Shown piece after piece: positions 10,087 to 18,950 of a DNA stretch of 64,000 bases. The notes under the pieces are model-generated. The model worked only from the letters and a program-made list of their open reading frames with translations. It was not told the origin of the DNA and ran no database searches. The DNA is from a virus, in IMG/VR virus record IMGVR_UViG_3300047491_001507; one strand, 5' to 3'. The position numbers and the translations under genes are program-made. Every line of letters begins with the position of its first letter. The first letter of the stretch is position 1.

Positions 10087-10689
10087 ATGGCAATATACAA
10101 TCCAGACGGCAGCGAATATAAACCATCAGGTAGTTTAGCTCAATTTGATCCTAAAAACCCAGAATTTAATGTTTTTAATGTTTGGGACCAAGAAGCTATC
10201 GAAATGGGAGGCACTCCCTTATATTATTATGAGGTTTTCATCAACGTCAATAACATTGATGAGTTATATGTAGAAGCAAGAGACAAGATATATTCGCAAT
10301 TCCCTGTAATAATCCATGGTTATTATGAGCCAATTCCCTGCACAAATACTTTGGGAACATTTGGCATTGATTCTCCAGACGAAATGATGTTTGAGTTTAA
10401 TTATCGACATGTACTGAAGACTTTGGGACATGCTCCTAAGATTGGAGCTAGAATTTTTTCTCCTCATAAAAGCGAAAATTGGATTGTAATCCAAAGAAAC
10501 ACTGAAGTTTATAAGCTTTGGGGAGAATTAAGACTTCAGGTCATGTGTCAACGATTCCAGGAAAGCCTTACGACTGGAGAGGGCAAAGTTACTTTGAATA
10601 ATCAGCCTGATTATAAAATCAATAGTATTAAAGACCTGAAAGCAAATAATGGAATGAATATGGCCGGTGGGCAAACTTCTATTCCCTAA
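10087..10689 (+). CDS. hypothetical protein (neck/tail module candidate by position)
   Basis: Track ORF starts 10009 but overlaps the convergent gene; internal ATG at 10087 (MAIYNPDGSE) is the likelier start. Confidence 0.3.
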   Translation: MAIYNPDGSEYKPSGSLAQFDPKNPEFNVFNVWDQEAIEMGGTPLYYYEVFINVNNIDELYVEARDKIYSQFPVIIHGYYEPIPCTNTLGTFGIDSPDEMMFEFNYRHVLKTLGHAPKIGARIFSPHKSENWIVIQRNTEVYKLWGELRLQVMCQRFQESLTTGEGKVTLNNQPDYKINSIKDLKANNGMNMAGGQTSIP

Positions 10690-10834
10690 CAGGTTTATGT
10701 ACATGCCTGAATAACACAAGAGGTATTTTAGGCGGGATTAATTTGAAAATTAATTTGGTTTTCTTAATCGAATTTTTATTTTTAAAGAACTTTAAAGCCA
10801 TATCATAATATATAAACAATATAGGAATTTTTTT

Positions 10835-11851
10835 ATGTCAGAGCCTACTTTAGTTCCATGCAATGAACCAGGAGATATCAAACAATTAAATGCAGATCCT
10901 GCGGTTCCATTTTGCAAACAGGCAGTTGTTCAAGAAACATCTGGGACTATAGATCATCAGCCGGTTGTCACCAATATAAATGATGTTACAGGAAGTGATT
11001 TATCTTGGTTAGAAGAAGCAACACAAAGAAAAATGGGACAAGGAGAACCTGTTACTTGTGATCCTCAGCAGACGGGTCACATTATTAACGAACAAGGAAT
11101 GAGTCCTCCTAATAGAGACACAGTATACAGATATGAAAAATCTTTACGAGGAACTGACGAAGCTGTCAGAAAGATGTTTCAAGACATAGTGGTAATAGAT
11201 GAATCTGGAAAAGCACACAATATACCTATTATTTGGGCCACACAAGAGAAAGCAGTGGCTTATATTATTCAAGAAAATGTGCGTAAGGATGAAAGCTTAG
11301 TAGTGGATCGAGTTCGTTTGCCCATGATGGCAATACATCCTTCAAATTACCAGTTTAATCAATCTAGATACACTTACCATAAAGCGATAAATTATTTAAG
11401 AAGACGAGATTTAGATTGGAGTCCAGGATTCACGGTCAAAGAACGTTATGAAAGAGATACGGTTTTTGGAGTTTCTCGGGGAATTCCTATTGATATTAGT
11501 TACACTTTGATTGCTTGGACTTTATATGAAGAAGATATGAATCAGATTCTTACTCAAATTGCTACAAAATTTAGCCCTATGGCGTATATAAGAGTAAGAG
11601 GAGTTTCGTGGGAGGTCGGTGTTAAACTTGACTCGATAGGAAACAATGTAAATGTTGAGCCAGGAGACAAACAAGTACGAGTTTTTAAATATCAATTTGG
11701 GATTACTGCTGAAACTTATATTTCGCAGCCAATTGTTAGAAGAAAAGCAGTGCTGAAAACTAAAGTTGAAGTTACCGATAGTACTAATGAAGAAGACATA
11801 AGTGAGGTCTTGATTAGGTTAGAAGAGGCAGTAAAGGAATTAGAACCATGA
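10835..11851 (+). CDS. candidate tail-sheath stabiliser / tail-completion protein (T4 gp15-like)
   Basis: Lies immediately upstream of the sheath gene; segments HNIPIIWATQEKAVAY and YTLIAWTLYEEDMNQILTQIATKF resemble, as I recall them, gp15-family motifs; needs HHpred. Confidence 0.4.
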   Translation: MSEPTLVPCNEPGDIKQLNADPAVPFCKQAVVQETSGTIDHQPVVTNINDVTGSDLSWLEEATQRKMGQGEPVTCDPQQTGHIINEQGMSPPNRDTVYRYEKSLRGTDEAVRKMFQDIVVIDESGKAHNIPIIWATQEKAVAYIIQENVRKDESLVVDRVRLPMMAIHPSNYQFNQSRYTYHKAINYLRRRDLDWSPGFTVKERYERDTVFGVSRGIPIDISYTLIAWTLYEEDMNQILTQIATKFSPMAYIRVRGVSWEVGVKLDSIGNNVNVEPGDKQVRVFKYQFGITAETYISQPIVRRKAVLKTKVEVTDSTNEEDISEVLIRLEEAVKELEP

Positions 11852-12075
11852 TAGAAATTAAAAATAAAACAAGAAGTCCGATACAACTACTTGTTAGATC
11901 AGGGACGGCCCCTCGTTCATTTACAACTTTAATCGTTCCTGGAATAGGAAAAGGTAATAATGTCACATTAATAGAAGATGAACGCAAGACCGATATTATT
12001 GAACGTGTGGAGAAATTGGGCCTCATCTCCACTAAATATATTCCAAACTCAGAGATTCGTTTAAGGGAGATATAA
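11848..12075 (+). CDS. small hypothetical protein
   Basis: ORF track; ATGA overlap with upstream gene; contains the CACTAAATA motif near its 3' end. Confidence 0.3.
   Translation: MIEIKNKTRSPIQLLVRSGTAPRSFTTLIVPGIGKGNNVTLIEDERKTDIIERVEKLGLISTKYIPNSEIRLREI
12032..12038 (+). promoter_or_regulatory. CTAAATA motif 39 nt upstream of the sheath ATG (candidate late-promoter -10 element)
   Basis: cactaaatata followed by strong SD aagggag and ATG 12078. Confidence 0.3.
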
Positions 12076-12077
12076 CA

Positions 12078-14450
12078 ATGGCAATATTAAGGGGATTTCC
12101 ACCGTCAAACACAATTGCACCCACAGTAAAAGTCACCGAAAAGGATCTAAGCTTAATTGAGCCGCAACAATCCTTTCATCGTGCTGGGTTAGTTGGTTTT
12201 GCCTCCAAAGGTCCTATCAACATTCCGACCTTGGTCAGTACTCAACGTCAACTCAACACAATTTTTGGATATCCGCATCCAGAATCGGGCGATCCTTATC
12301 TGATTTATGCTGCACAACAATACCTACAAGTCGGTAACGAATTATATATCGTTCGTGTAGCCAATGAAGAAAATGTTAGCGATCAACAAGCACAAGTAGC
12401 TGCTGTTGATGTACCTTCTTCTGGCGGTCAGATTATTATACTATCTGATACTGCCGGACCATATACATTTGATGCCGACGCATTTTTCCGCTGGAGATTA
12501 AATGGAGTTCTACATTCCAAAACGCTTGTAGTACTTGCAAATGACGAAGGGGAAAGTTATACAGCCGCTCAATTAGCAGAAGATCTAAATGCTCAATTAA
12601 GCAGCGATATTGATGGCATCGAATTTTTCTCGCACACAAATGATACTAAAATCGGTGTAAGAACAACTTGGGCTTATGGTCCAGATGCTGAATTAGAATT
12701 AGTCTCCGTACAAGATTCTATGTATGGTGGATTGGTTGCTGACGGCAATGTGACCGGATTAGGAACTAGCATGACCCAAGCTACAATCACTGGCAGTTTG
12801 GATCGTTATCCCGCCTCCTACCAGAGTGCAGGAAATTATGATCTAACTGGTCTAACTAATCTTAATATCCAGATTGTAGTGGATGGCACCGATAATGGAG
12901 TGATTGATAACGTAGTTCAAATTATTGACTTAGCATTACTAGAAGGTTCTGAATTTACGATCACTGAAATTGTCAATGAAATCAATTCACAAAAGGCCGA
13001 AAATGGCGGAACACTTCCTGGTGGTTGGACCGCAGTTGATGAAAGCGATAATTTACAATTTGTTACAGATCACTATGGCCGTGATGCCAGATTGCTCATT
13101 AAACCAGACAGCACAGCTATTGACATCTTTGGTCTTCAAAGCGTCACTGTGCTAGGCGACAGTCCAATTGGAACTTCTGGCGATCTTGCAATCGCTACTT
13201 ATGGAAGAGTTAATGGTGATGCTAATAGCACTGGTGCTATCACCATGACAATTACAGCCGACTCCGCTGGTATTGATGGAAATGCAACACAGGTCGTTAT
13301 TGAAAACAACGTTCGTGAAGGTAATTTCCAGATTCAAGTTTACAACAACGGTGTTCAAGTTGAATCTTGGGGAGCTTTAGTTAAGGATGAGACTTCCAGG
13401 TTTTATGCTGAAACATACATTGCTTTGGTATCAGATTGGATTCGTGTTCAAGATGAAACCACAAATGCCGCACCGCCATTAGACGGAACATATACGCTTT
13501 CTGGTGGTACAGATGGTATTCCTTCTGATCCAGATGATCAGGATGCTTTAATCATAGGTAATACTGTAGGGTTTACAGGCATGTATGCACTTGGCGAACC
13601 TGAACAGATTGACATTGATTTGATTGCCGCACCAGGACATTGCAGTACGGCAGTAGTAGAAGCTTTGTTAAATCTTTGTCAAAATGTAAGATCTGATTGC
13701 TTAGCTATCATTGATCCTCCATTTGGTTTGACTATTAATGAAATTGTCGATTGGCAAAATGGTAGTCATCCATTGAATTTAACAAGATTGGACAGTGATT
13801 TTGGAGCATTATATTGGCCATGGGTTAAGATTAGAGATTCTTACAATGGCGTTGATGTTTGGGCTCCTCCATCAGGTTCTGTAATGGCAACAATTGCTCG
13901 ATCTGATCAGTTATCAGCACCTTGGTTTGCTCCTGCTGGTCTGACTCGTGGTATTGTTCCTAATGTTTTGGATGTATTTTCAAGACCTACACAGGACGAG
14001 CGAGATTTGATGCAAGGTTATAGAAACGCAATCAATCCTATCGTTCAATTTGCTGATATTAACGGATTTGTTCTTTGGGGTCAAAAAACATTGCAACGCA
14101 CTCCAACAGCTTTGGATCGTGTCAATGTAAGACGCCTTATGTTTGCTATAGAAAAACGAATTCGTATAGCTGCAAGACAATTGTTATTTGATCCGCACGA
14201 CGAAATTCTTCGTCAGAAATTTGTTCGAATTGCCACTGAAATATTGCAAGAAGTTCAAGTCAATAGAGGTATTAATGATTTCCGAGTTAAATGTGACGAA
14301 GAGATCAATACGCCTGACGTAATTGATAGAAATGAATTAAGAGCACGTATTGCTGTACAACCTATTCGTGCAGCAGAGTTCATTTTCATCGAATTTTCAA
14401 TTCACCGAACAGGTAGCTTCACTGAAAACACTGAAGCTGGTACTTTCTAG
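12078..14450 (+). CDS. contractile tail sheath protein
   Basis: C-terminal region GFVLWGQKTLQ...LDRVNVRRLMFAIEKRIR...DFRVKCDEEINTPDVIDRNELRARIAVQPIRAAEFIFIEF matches the conserved phage/T6SS sheath C-terminal domain; 790 aa; followed by tube genes. Confidence 0.85.
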   Translation: MAILRGFPPSNTIAPTVKVTEKDLSLIEPQQSFHRAGLVGFASKGPINIPTLVSTQRQLNTIFGYPHPESGDPYLIYAAQQYLQVGNELYIVRVANEENVSDQQAQVAAVDVPSSGGQIIILSDTAGPYTFDADAFFRWRLNGVLHSKTLVVLANDEGESYTAAQLAEDLNAQLSSDIDGIEFFSHTNDTKIGVRTTWAYGPDAELELVSVQDSMYGGLVADGNVTGLGTSMTQATITGSLDRYPASYQSAGNYDLTGLTNLNIQIVVDGTDNGVIDNVVQIIDLALLEGSEFTITEIVNEINSQKAENGGTLPGGWTAVDESDNLQFVTDHYGRDARLLIKPDSTAIDIFGLQSVTVLGDSPIGTSGDLAIATYGRVNGDANSTGAITMTITADSAGIDGNATQVVIENNVREGNFQIQVYNNGVQVESWGALVKDETSRFYAETYIALVSDWIRVQDETTNAAPPLDGTYTLSGGTDGIPSDPDDQDALIIGNTVGFTGMYALGEPEQIDIDLIAAPGHCSTAVVEALLNLCQNVRSDCLAIIDPPFGLTINEIVDWQNGSHPLNLTRLDSDFGALYWPWVKIRDSYNGVDVWAPPSGSVMATIARSDQLSAPWFAPAGLTRGIVPNVLDVFSRPTQDERDLMQGYRNAINPIVQFADINGFVLWGQKTLQRTPTALDRVNVRRLMFAIEKRIRIAARQLLFDPHDEILRQKFVRIATEILQEVQVNRGINDFRVKCDEEINTPDVIDRNELRARIAVQPIRAAEFIFIEFSIHRTGSFTENTEAGTF

Positions 14451-14460
14451 TTTTATTAAT

Positions 14461-14492
14461 AACCTTCTGAGGAATTAATTCCTCAGAAGGTT
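14461..14492 (+). terminator. perfect 32-bp palindrome (aaccttctgaggaatt|aattcctcagaaggtt) between sheath and tube genes; possible attenuator/partial terminator
   Basis: Read directly; followed by a weak T-tract (atattacaaattt). Confidence 0.4.
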
Positions 14493-14515
14493 ATATTACA
14501 AATTTAAAGGTAAAC

Positions 14516-15082
14516 ATGCCTATATCAATGGGAATCGGAGACTTAGGCTCTCCTGCCATAATTATAAAGAGAAAATTTAGATTTACACTGGATATTCAAC
14601 ATCCTTTTGGAACTATACCACGTTCATATGTAAAAGTGGCAAGCAGACCTAAGTTAACTATAGAAGAAAAAGAATTAAACTTTCTTAATTCAACTGAATA
14701 TTACCCTGGAAAAGGCAAATGGGACGCTCTTGATGTGACTTATATTGACGTTGTTGATAAAGCAGGCACAACATTGCAGATACATAATTGGATAAGAACA
14801 GTTTGGAATTTTCATGATGTAGTAAACATGAGACAGTCTGAAATGTTGGGCTGGGGTGGTTTAGCAAATTTAGGTATGTATGACGGTTGTGGAAATCTGT
14901 TGGAATTATGGCAATTGGCCAAGTGTTTTCCAACGAGTGTTGATTTTGGAGATTTGAGTTATGCAGAATCAGATGAAGCTACAATACAATTACAGATAAG
15001 ATACTCGCAAGTTCATTATTTTAATTACTGTGGACCTAAACTTGATCCTAATACAAACAATTGTATGGGATGCTACTTTTAG
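14516..15082 (+). CDS. tail tube protein (gp19-like), paralog 1
   Basis: 188 aa, directly after the sheath; C-terminal YDGCGNLLELW...FPTSVDFGDLSYAESDEATIQLQIRY recalls the gp19 C-terminus; paralogous to the next two ORFs. Confidence 0.55.
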   Translation: MPISMGIGDLGSPAIIIKRKFRFTLDIQHPFGTIPRSYVKVASRPKLTIEEKELNFLNSTEYYPGKGKWDALDVTYIDVVDKAGTTLQIHNWIRTVWNFHDVVNMRQSEMLGWGGLANLGMYDGCGNLLELWQLAKCFPTSVDFGDLSYAESDEATIQLQIRYSQVHYFNYCGPKLDPNTNNCMGCYF

Positions 15083-15110
15083 TCCAATTTTTATAATTTT
15101 AGGAGAAAAA

Positions 15111-15686
15111 ATGGCACAAAGAGATATGGGAATCGGCGTTATAGGCCAGCCAGATATTACAATTAAGAGAAAATTTCGTTACACCTTTGAAATCGTTGGT
15201 TTTTGCAACAATGCAAAGAATAATGTTCCAGAGCATTTTGTCAAAACAGCATCTCGTCCTAATCTAAGTATCGAAGAAACGACACTTAACTTTCTTAATG
15301 CTCGTACTTGGATTCCTGGTAAAGCAGAATGGCAAGACATTACCATTACCTACGTTGATGCTGCCAGCGAGCACATGGCGTTGTTATGGAACTGGCTAGT
15401 CTCTGTATATGATTTTACCAACCCAACATCCTTGAAAATGGGAAATAAAAGAGATTGGGCGGCAACTGGTATTTTGACATTATATGATGGTTGTGGATCA
15501 CCATTGGAAACATGGGAATTGAAGAATCTTTGGCCAAAAACAATCAATTTCGGAGATCTTGATTATGGCACAAGTGACGAAGCCACCATCGAATTAGGTA
15601 TGCGTTATTCTGATGTTAGATATACTTCGTATTGCCCGTCATTCCAGCCTCAAGGTTGCTGCACAAGTTGCTCAACTAAAAAATAG
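15111..15686 (+). CDS. tail tube-like protein, paralog 2 (tube or tube initiator/terminator)
   Basis: Shares IG..G.P.I.IKRKFR..F.I and YDGCGSPLETWEL...INFGDLDYGTSDEATIELGMRY with paralog 1; start moved to internal ATG (MAQRDMGIG) because the track ORF overlaps the upstream gene. Confidence 0.5.
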   Translation: MAQRDMGIGVIGQPDITIKRKFRYTFEIVGFCNNAKNNVPEHFVKTASRPNLSIEETTLNFLNARTWIPGKAEWQDITITYVDAASEHMALLWNWLVSVYDFTNPTSLKMGNKRDWAATGILTLYDGCGSPLETWELKNLWPKTINFGDLDYGTSDEATIELGMRYSDVRYTSYCPSFQPQGCCTSCSTKK

Positions 15687-15705
15687 CAATTAAATTAGGA
15701 AAACG

Positions 15706-15738
15706 CCCCGATTAAGGTCGGGGCATTTACTTTTTTAA
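15706..15738 (+). terminator. rho-independent terminator after the second tube paralog
   Basis: gccccga-ttaagg-tcggggc hairpin followed by atttactttttt. Confidence 0.6.
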
Positions 15739-15751
15739 AAGGAAAACACTT

Positions 15752-16315
15752 ATGGCTTCAATGGGAGTGCAATTCGGACTAGAGAGGAATCTCTATTCTA
15801 AACGAAAGAATAGATGGTTTCTTGAAATTAATGGAATTAGTCCTGGACCTTCAGATACAAAATTGGTCAACATTCTGCCTCCTGAAAAGGCAGCAAGGCC
15901 ATCTTTAAGCTTTAAAGAAATGGTCGTTAATCATATTACTGAAGATGTTTATCTTCCAACAAAGCCTGATTGGAAACCGCTTAACGTTACTCTTTATGAT
16001 TTACAGAGAAGCTATGCAGATGGAAGTCGGGCTGTTCAATCACATCCGGTTTGGGGATGGGTGCAACAATACTATGAGCCGCATTTAGGAATGGTAGCTA
16101 GGCCCAATCAATATAAGATGTTTAAAACTTGCATAGTTTATATGGTTGATGGCTGTGGAACGGTTATTGAACATTGGACCTATGAACATGCTTGGTTACA
16201 ATCTGTAGATTTTCAGACTTTAGATATGTCAGATTCATCTATTATGTCTTGCGATCTTGTAATCAGATTTGCGAGAGCTTATTTTGGAACTCCTAGCATG
16301 TATGGAATAGGCTAG
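15752..16315 (+). CDS. tail tube-like protein, paralog 3 (divergent)
   Basis: Shares VDGCGTVIEHW...VDFQTLDMSDSS with the two tube paralogs. Confidence 0.45.
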   Translation: MASMGVQFGLERNLYSKRKNRWFLEINGISPGPSDTKLVNILPPEKAARPSLSFKEMVVNHITEDVYLPTKPDWKPLNVTLYDLQRSYADGSRAVQSHPVWGWVQQYYEPHLGMVARPNQYKMFKTCIVYMVDGCGTVIEHWTYEHAWLQSVDFQTLDMSDSSIMSCDLVIRFARAYFGTPSMYGIG

Positions 16316-16608
16316 CTTTCTTCCAGTTGAAATTCATTTTTTAATAATTCTCGCATATTTTCCAAAGCATCTTCTAATTGTTTATTTTTCCATTTTAATT
16401 TTCTGGTGGTTGCACTTTTGTTTAAGCGGCCTTTTTTAGTGTAACATTCTGCTTCATTGTCCAGGAGGCATTCCACAACTTCTGAATATCCATTTTTTCT
16501 TAATTTTTCAATTATTTCGCTTAATTCGAGCAATTGCACCGGATTTGCTGTTATTTTTGTATCCATATACATAATTCTATAAACCTGAAAAAAATATTTC
16601 AAGTACAT
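16312..16608 (-). CDS. hypothetical protein
   Basis: ORF track; 4-nt convergent overlap. Confidence 0.3.
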   Translation of the reverse strand: MYLKYFFQVYRIMYMDTKITANPVQLLELSEIIEKLRKNGYSEVVECLLDNEAECYTKKGRLNKSATTRKLKWKNKQLEDALENMRELLKNEFQLEES

Positions 16609-16645
16609 ATTAATAAAATTTAGAAAAAATTATAGAATTATTTAA

Positions 16646-18076
16646 TTAAAGAACTAACTTTTTCAAAAAGTCTCTGGTCATTATCTCTAAATTCACCAAG
16701 TCCCAGTAAGATGCCAACAACAAAGGAATATTATTTTGCTTACAATATTCAAGTTTGATGTTGTCGTTCTTGTTGATATATTTTAAGCCTTCTTCTCCAC
16801 CGAAGTAAGTTACTGCCTCATAATGCTGTCTGCCCTGAAATTCAATTAATCCTGCTATCTTACCTTTGCCAAAAATAGCAAAATCAAAAGGCAATGGTCT
16901 AATATTCTTGCAATCTGGAAAACGAAATTGAGCCTTATGCTCAATATTGCTATTTTCTAAAATCTCTTTAATTAATTTCTCGCCTCTAGAAGATGCACAA
17001 AAAGGACATCCTGTACCATCAACTTTTGTTCTGGAATCAATTCTAGATTTCCATATGTGATTTGAATTATTTGAGCATTGCCACCAAACTTTTATTTTAT
17101 TAGTCGCATAAGTCACATGTTCTGGTGTTAATCTTCCATTTTTAGTTGGATGCCACTCAGAAGCAATTTGAGGATGTGTTGTGGATAAACAGTTGGATTT
17201 GACTAATTTTCTTCCAACACAACAAGGACATTGAAAACCTCTTGTTCTATTGTACACTGTTGCTTCCCATTCATGGTCATCTGCTTTATCACATTTCCAC
17301 CAAATCATCTTGTGGCTCATAGCAGTCACATCAGTAGGTAACAATAGTCCATTTTTGGTTGGATGCCATTCTTTAGCCAATTCTGGATATAACGTGGACA
17401 AACAGTTATTTTCATCTGTTTTTTGCCCACAACAATACGGACAACCTGTACCTTTGCCTTTTTTGCCGCCATTAGTCCTGTTTGTAATGGCAACTTTCCA
17501 TTCGTGTTTTGGATTTTTTGAACATTGCCACCAAATCTTTACTCCGCTACCTTCTACATGATTATTAGGATCAAGTCCTTTATTGTATATTGGATGCCAC
17601 TCTCTAACTAATTCAGGATGTGTAATGGCAAGACTATTGGTTGATCCTGCTTTCTTATTTTTACAAAAAGGACATCCGGCTTTATTTTTAGTTCTAGAAA
17701 ATACTCTTGCTTCCCAAATATGTTCTAGATTTTCTTCGCATTGCCACCAAATCTTTCTAGCACTCGAAATGGTTACTTCTGTAGGTTTTAAAGTGTTTTT
17801 GGTTGGATGCCATTGCTTGGCAATATCCGGCATATTATTGGCAAGGCAATTCGACCAAACTACTTTTTGTCCTGAACAACAAGGACAGCCTGGATATTTC
17901 ACTTGAGAAAATACATAAGATTCCCACTCGTGGTCATTGCCCATAGGACATTTAAACCAACACTTCACTTTAGATGTTCTGTGTACATCTGTTGGTCTTA
18001 AAGTGTTTTTGGTTGGATGCCATAGTTTGCAAATTTCTGGATGGGTTTCTGTCAGATTTTTAGTTGTTTTTCTCAT
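16646..18076 (-). CDS. five tandem zinc-ribbon (WHPTKN...WW.C...HEW...GCP.C, DUF4379-like) repeats fused to a C-terminal endonuclease-like domain
   Basis: Five about 80-aa repeats each with EWHPTKN...P..V...S.K.IWW.C...HEW......R...GCP.C; C-terminal PLPFDFAIFGKGKIAGLIEFQGRQHYE resembles a PD-(D/E)xK/Vsr-like core. Confidence 0.5.
   Translation of the reverse strand: MRKTTKNLTETHPEICKLWHPTKNTLRPTDVHRTSKVKCWFKCPMGNDHEWESYVFSQVKYPGCPCCSGQKVVWSNCLANNMPDIAKQWHPTKNTLKPTEVTISSARKIWWQCEENLEHIWEARVFSRTKNKAGCPFCKNKKAGSTNSLAITHPELVREWHPIYNKGLDPNNHVEGSGVKIWWQCSKNPKHEWKVAITNRTNGGKKGKGTGCPYCCGQKTDENNCLSTLYPELAKEWHPTKNGLLLPTDVTAMSHKMIWWKCDKADDHEWEATVYNRTRGFQCPCCVGRKLVKSNCLSTTHPQIASEWHPTKNGRLTPEHVTYATNKIKVWWQCSNNSNHIWKSRIDSRTKVDGTGCPFCASSRGEKLIKEILENSNIEHKAQFRFPDCKNIRPLPFDFAIFGKGKIAGLIEFQGRQHYEAVTYFGGEEGLKYINKNDNIKLEYCKQNNIPLLLASYWDLVNLEIMTRDFLKKLVL
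17100..18040 (-). repeat. imperfect about 200-240-bp tandem coding repeats (ttggatgccaYtc... units) encoding the zinc-ribbon repeats
   Basis: ttggatgccac/ttggatgccat recurring near 17150, 17352, 17590, 17806, 18008. Confidence 0.6.
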
Positions 18077-18216
18077 GTGTCACCTTAATTTTGTTGAAGT
18101 ATCCTATAACATTAATTTAAGCCTAATGCAACATCAAAATAAAATTTCTTCAAATTTTCCATGGATGTTACGTAGTTAAAGGCTTTACTATATATAGTAA
18201 CTTTCAAACAAAAAAA

Positions 18217-18759
18217 TTAAGATGTTTTTTCATTATCGTAATTTTGACGCTCTTTTCCGTTACGAATCACTAAGTTTTCGAATTTGTCCTGTAAGAATTT
18301 GTGATATCTCTTCTTCAATTCGTTGTAATTCCTCGCTCCTCTATATAACTGGCGCAGGTGATTAAGGACACAAGTTGATAAATAATTAAACGCCTTCCCC
18401 TTACGTGGATCGAATCTGTCTATTTTCTCAAAGCAGATCAGGACGCCTTCTTGAATAGCATCATCCATATCAATGCCGTTAAATTTAGCCCAATGGGCAA
18501 TGTTTTCAGAGAGAAGATAGAAGGCATGGGCCAATTGTTGTTGATGAGTTTGGAAATTGTCGCAAATTTCTTGATGCCTCTGTTTGATTTGTTCTAAATT
18601 TGGTTTTTTTTGATTGTCGTTGTATTTCTTTTTGCGACGTTCATGAGTCTGCTGAAGATCGCTGACAATTAACTCATATCTTGATTTTTGTCTTTTGTGT
18701 TGTTGGAATGCTCTGATTACAGATTCAAATGTCTTATTATTAAGATATTCGTTTGTCAA
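18217..18759 (-). CDS. late-transcription sigma factor, T4 gp55-like (sigma-70 region-2 only)
   Basis: DDAIQEGVLICFEKIDRFDPRKGKAFNYLSTCVLNHLRQ aligns with sigma-70 region 2.1-2.2 (DLIQEG...KFDP.RG.KFSTYA.WWIRQ); 180 aa with no region 4, as in gp55; N-terminus YLNNKTFESVIRAF recalls gp55; apparent TTG start 3 nt after GGAGG. Confidence 0.55.
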   Translation of the reverse strand: MTNEYLNNKTFESVIRAFQQHKRQKSRYELIVSDLQQTHERRKKKYNDNQKKPNLEQIKQRHQEICDNFQTHQQQLAHAFYLLSENIAHWAKFNGIDMDDAIQEGVLICFEKIDRFDPRKGKAFNYLSTCVLNHLRQLYRGARNYNELKKRYHKFLQDKFENLVIRNGKERQNYDNEKTS

Positions 18760-18950
18760 AAAACCTCCTATGGAATATTTATTTATTTTTTCGTACTATT
18801 AATTTAGTGTGGAACTACTGAACATATATTCAAAAATACAGACAAATCCCAGAAATATTGCAGCATATCGGCAATTAATTCAGTATTATAAAGATCGTCA
18901 TATGACTAATGAATCACAGGCTTTTGAAGAACTCATTAAGATAAAATTCA

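Noticed and set aside
10690-10834. tRNA or small RNA search in the larger intergenic regions (10690-10834, 18077-18216, 52202-52328)
   Set aside because: No GC-rich acceptor/anticodon-stem pattern or conserved T-loop (GTTCRA) seen; the regions look like AT-rich promoter/leader DNA.
10835-16315. Interpretation as an extracellular contractile injection system or tailocin (sheath plus multiple tube paralogs) in a bacterial chromosome
   Set aside because: The window also encodes a gp55-like late sigma, gp46/47-like nucleases, many homing endonucleases, nucleotide-metabolism genes and the capsid-targeting-like family, all pointing to a replicating T4-like phage. This cannot be fully excluded without the rest of the genome (capsid, portal, terminase).
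17250-18179. Plus-strand ORFs antisense to the zinc-ribbon-repeat endonuclease gene
   Set aside because: Repetitive antisense frames of the minus-strand repeat gene; no motifs.
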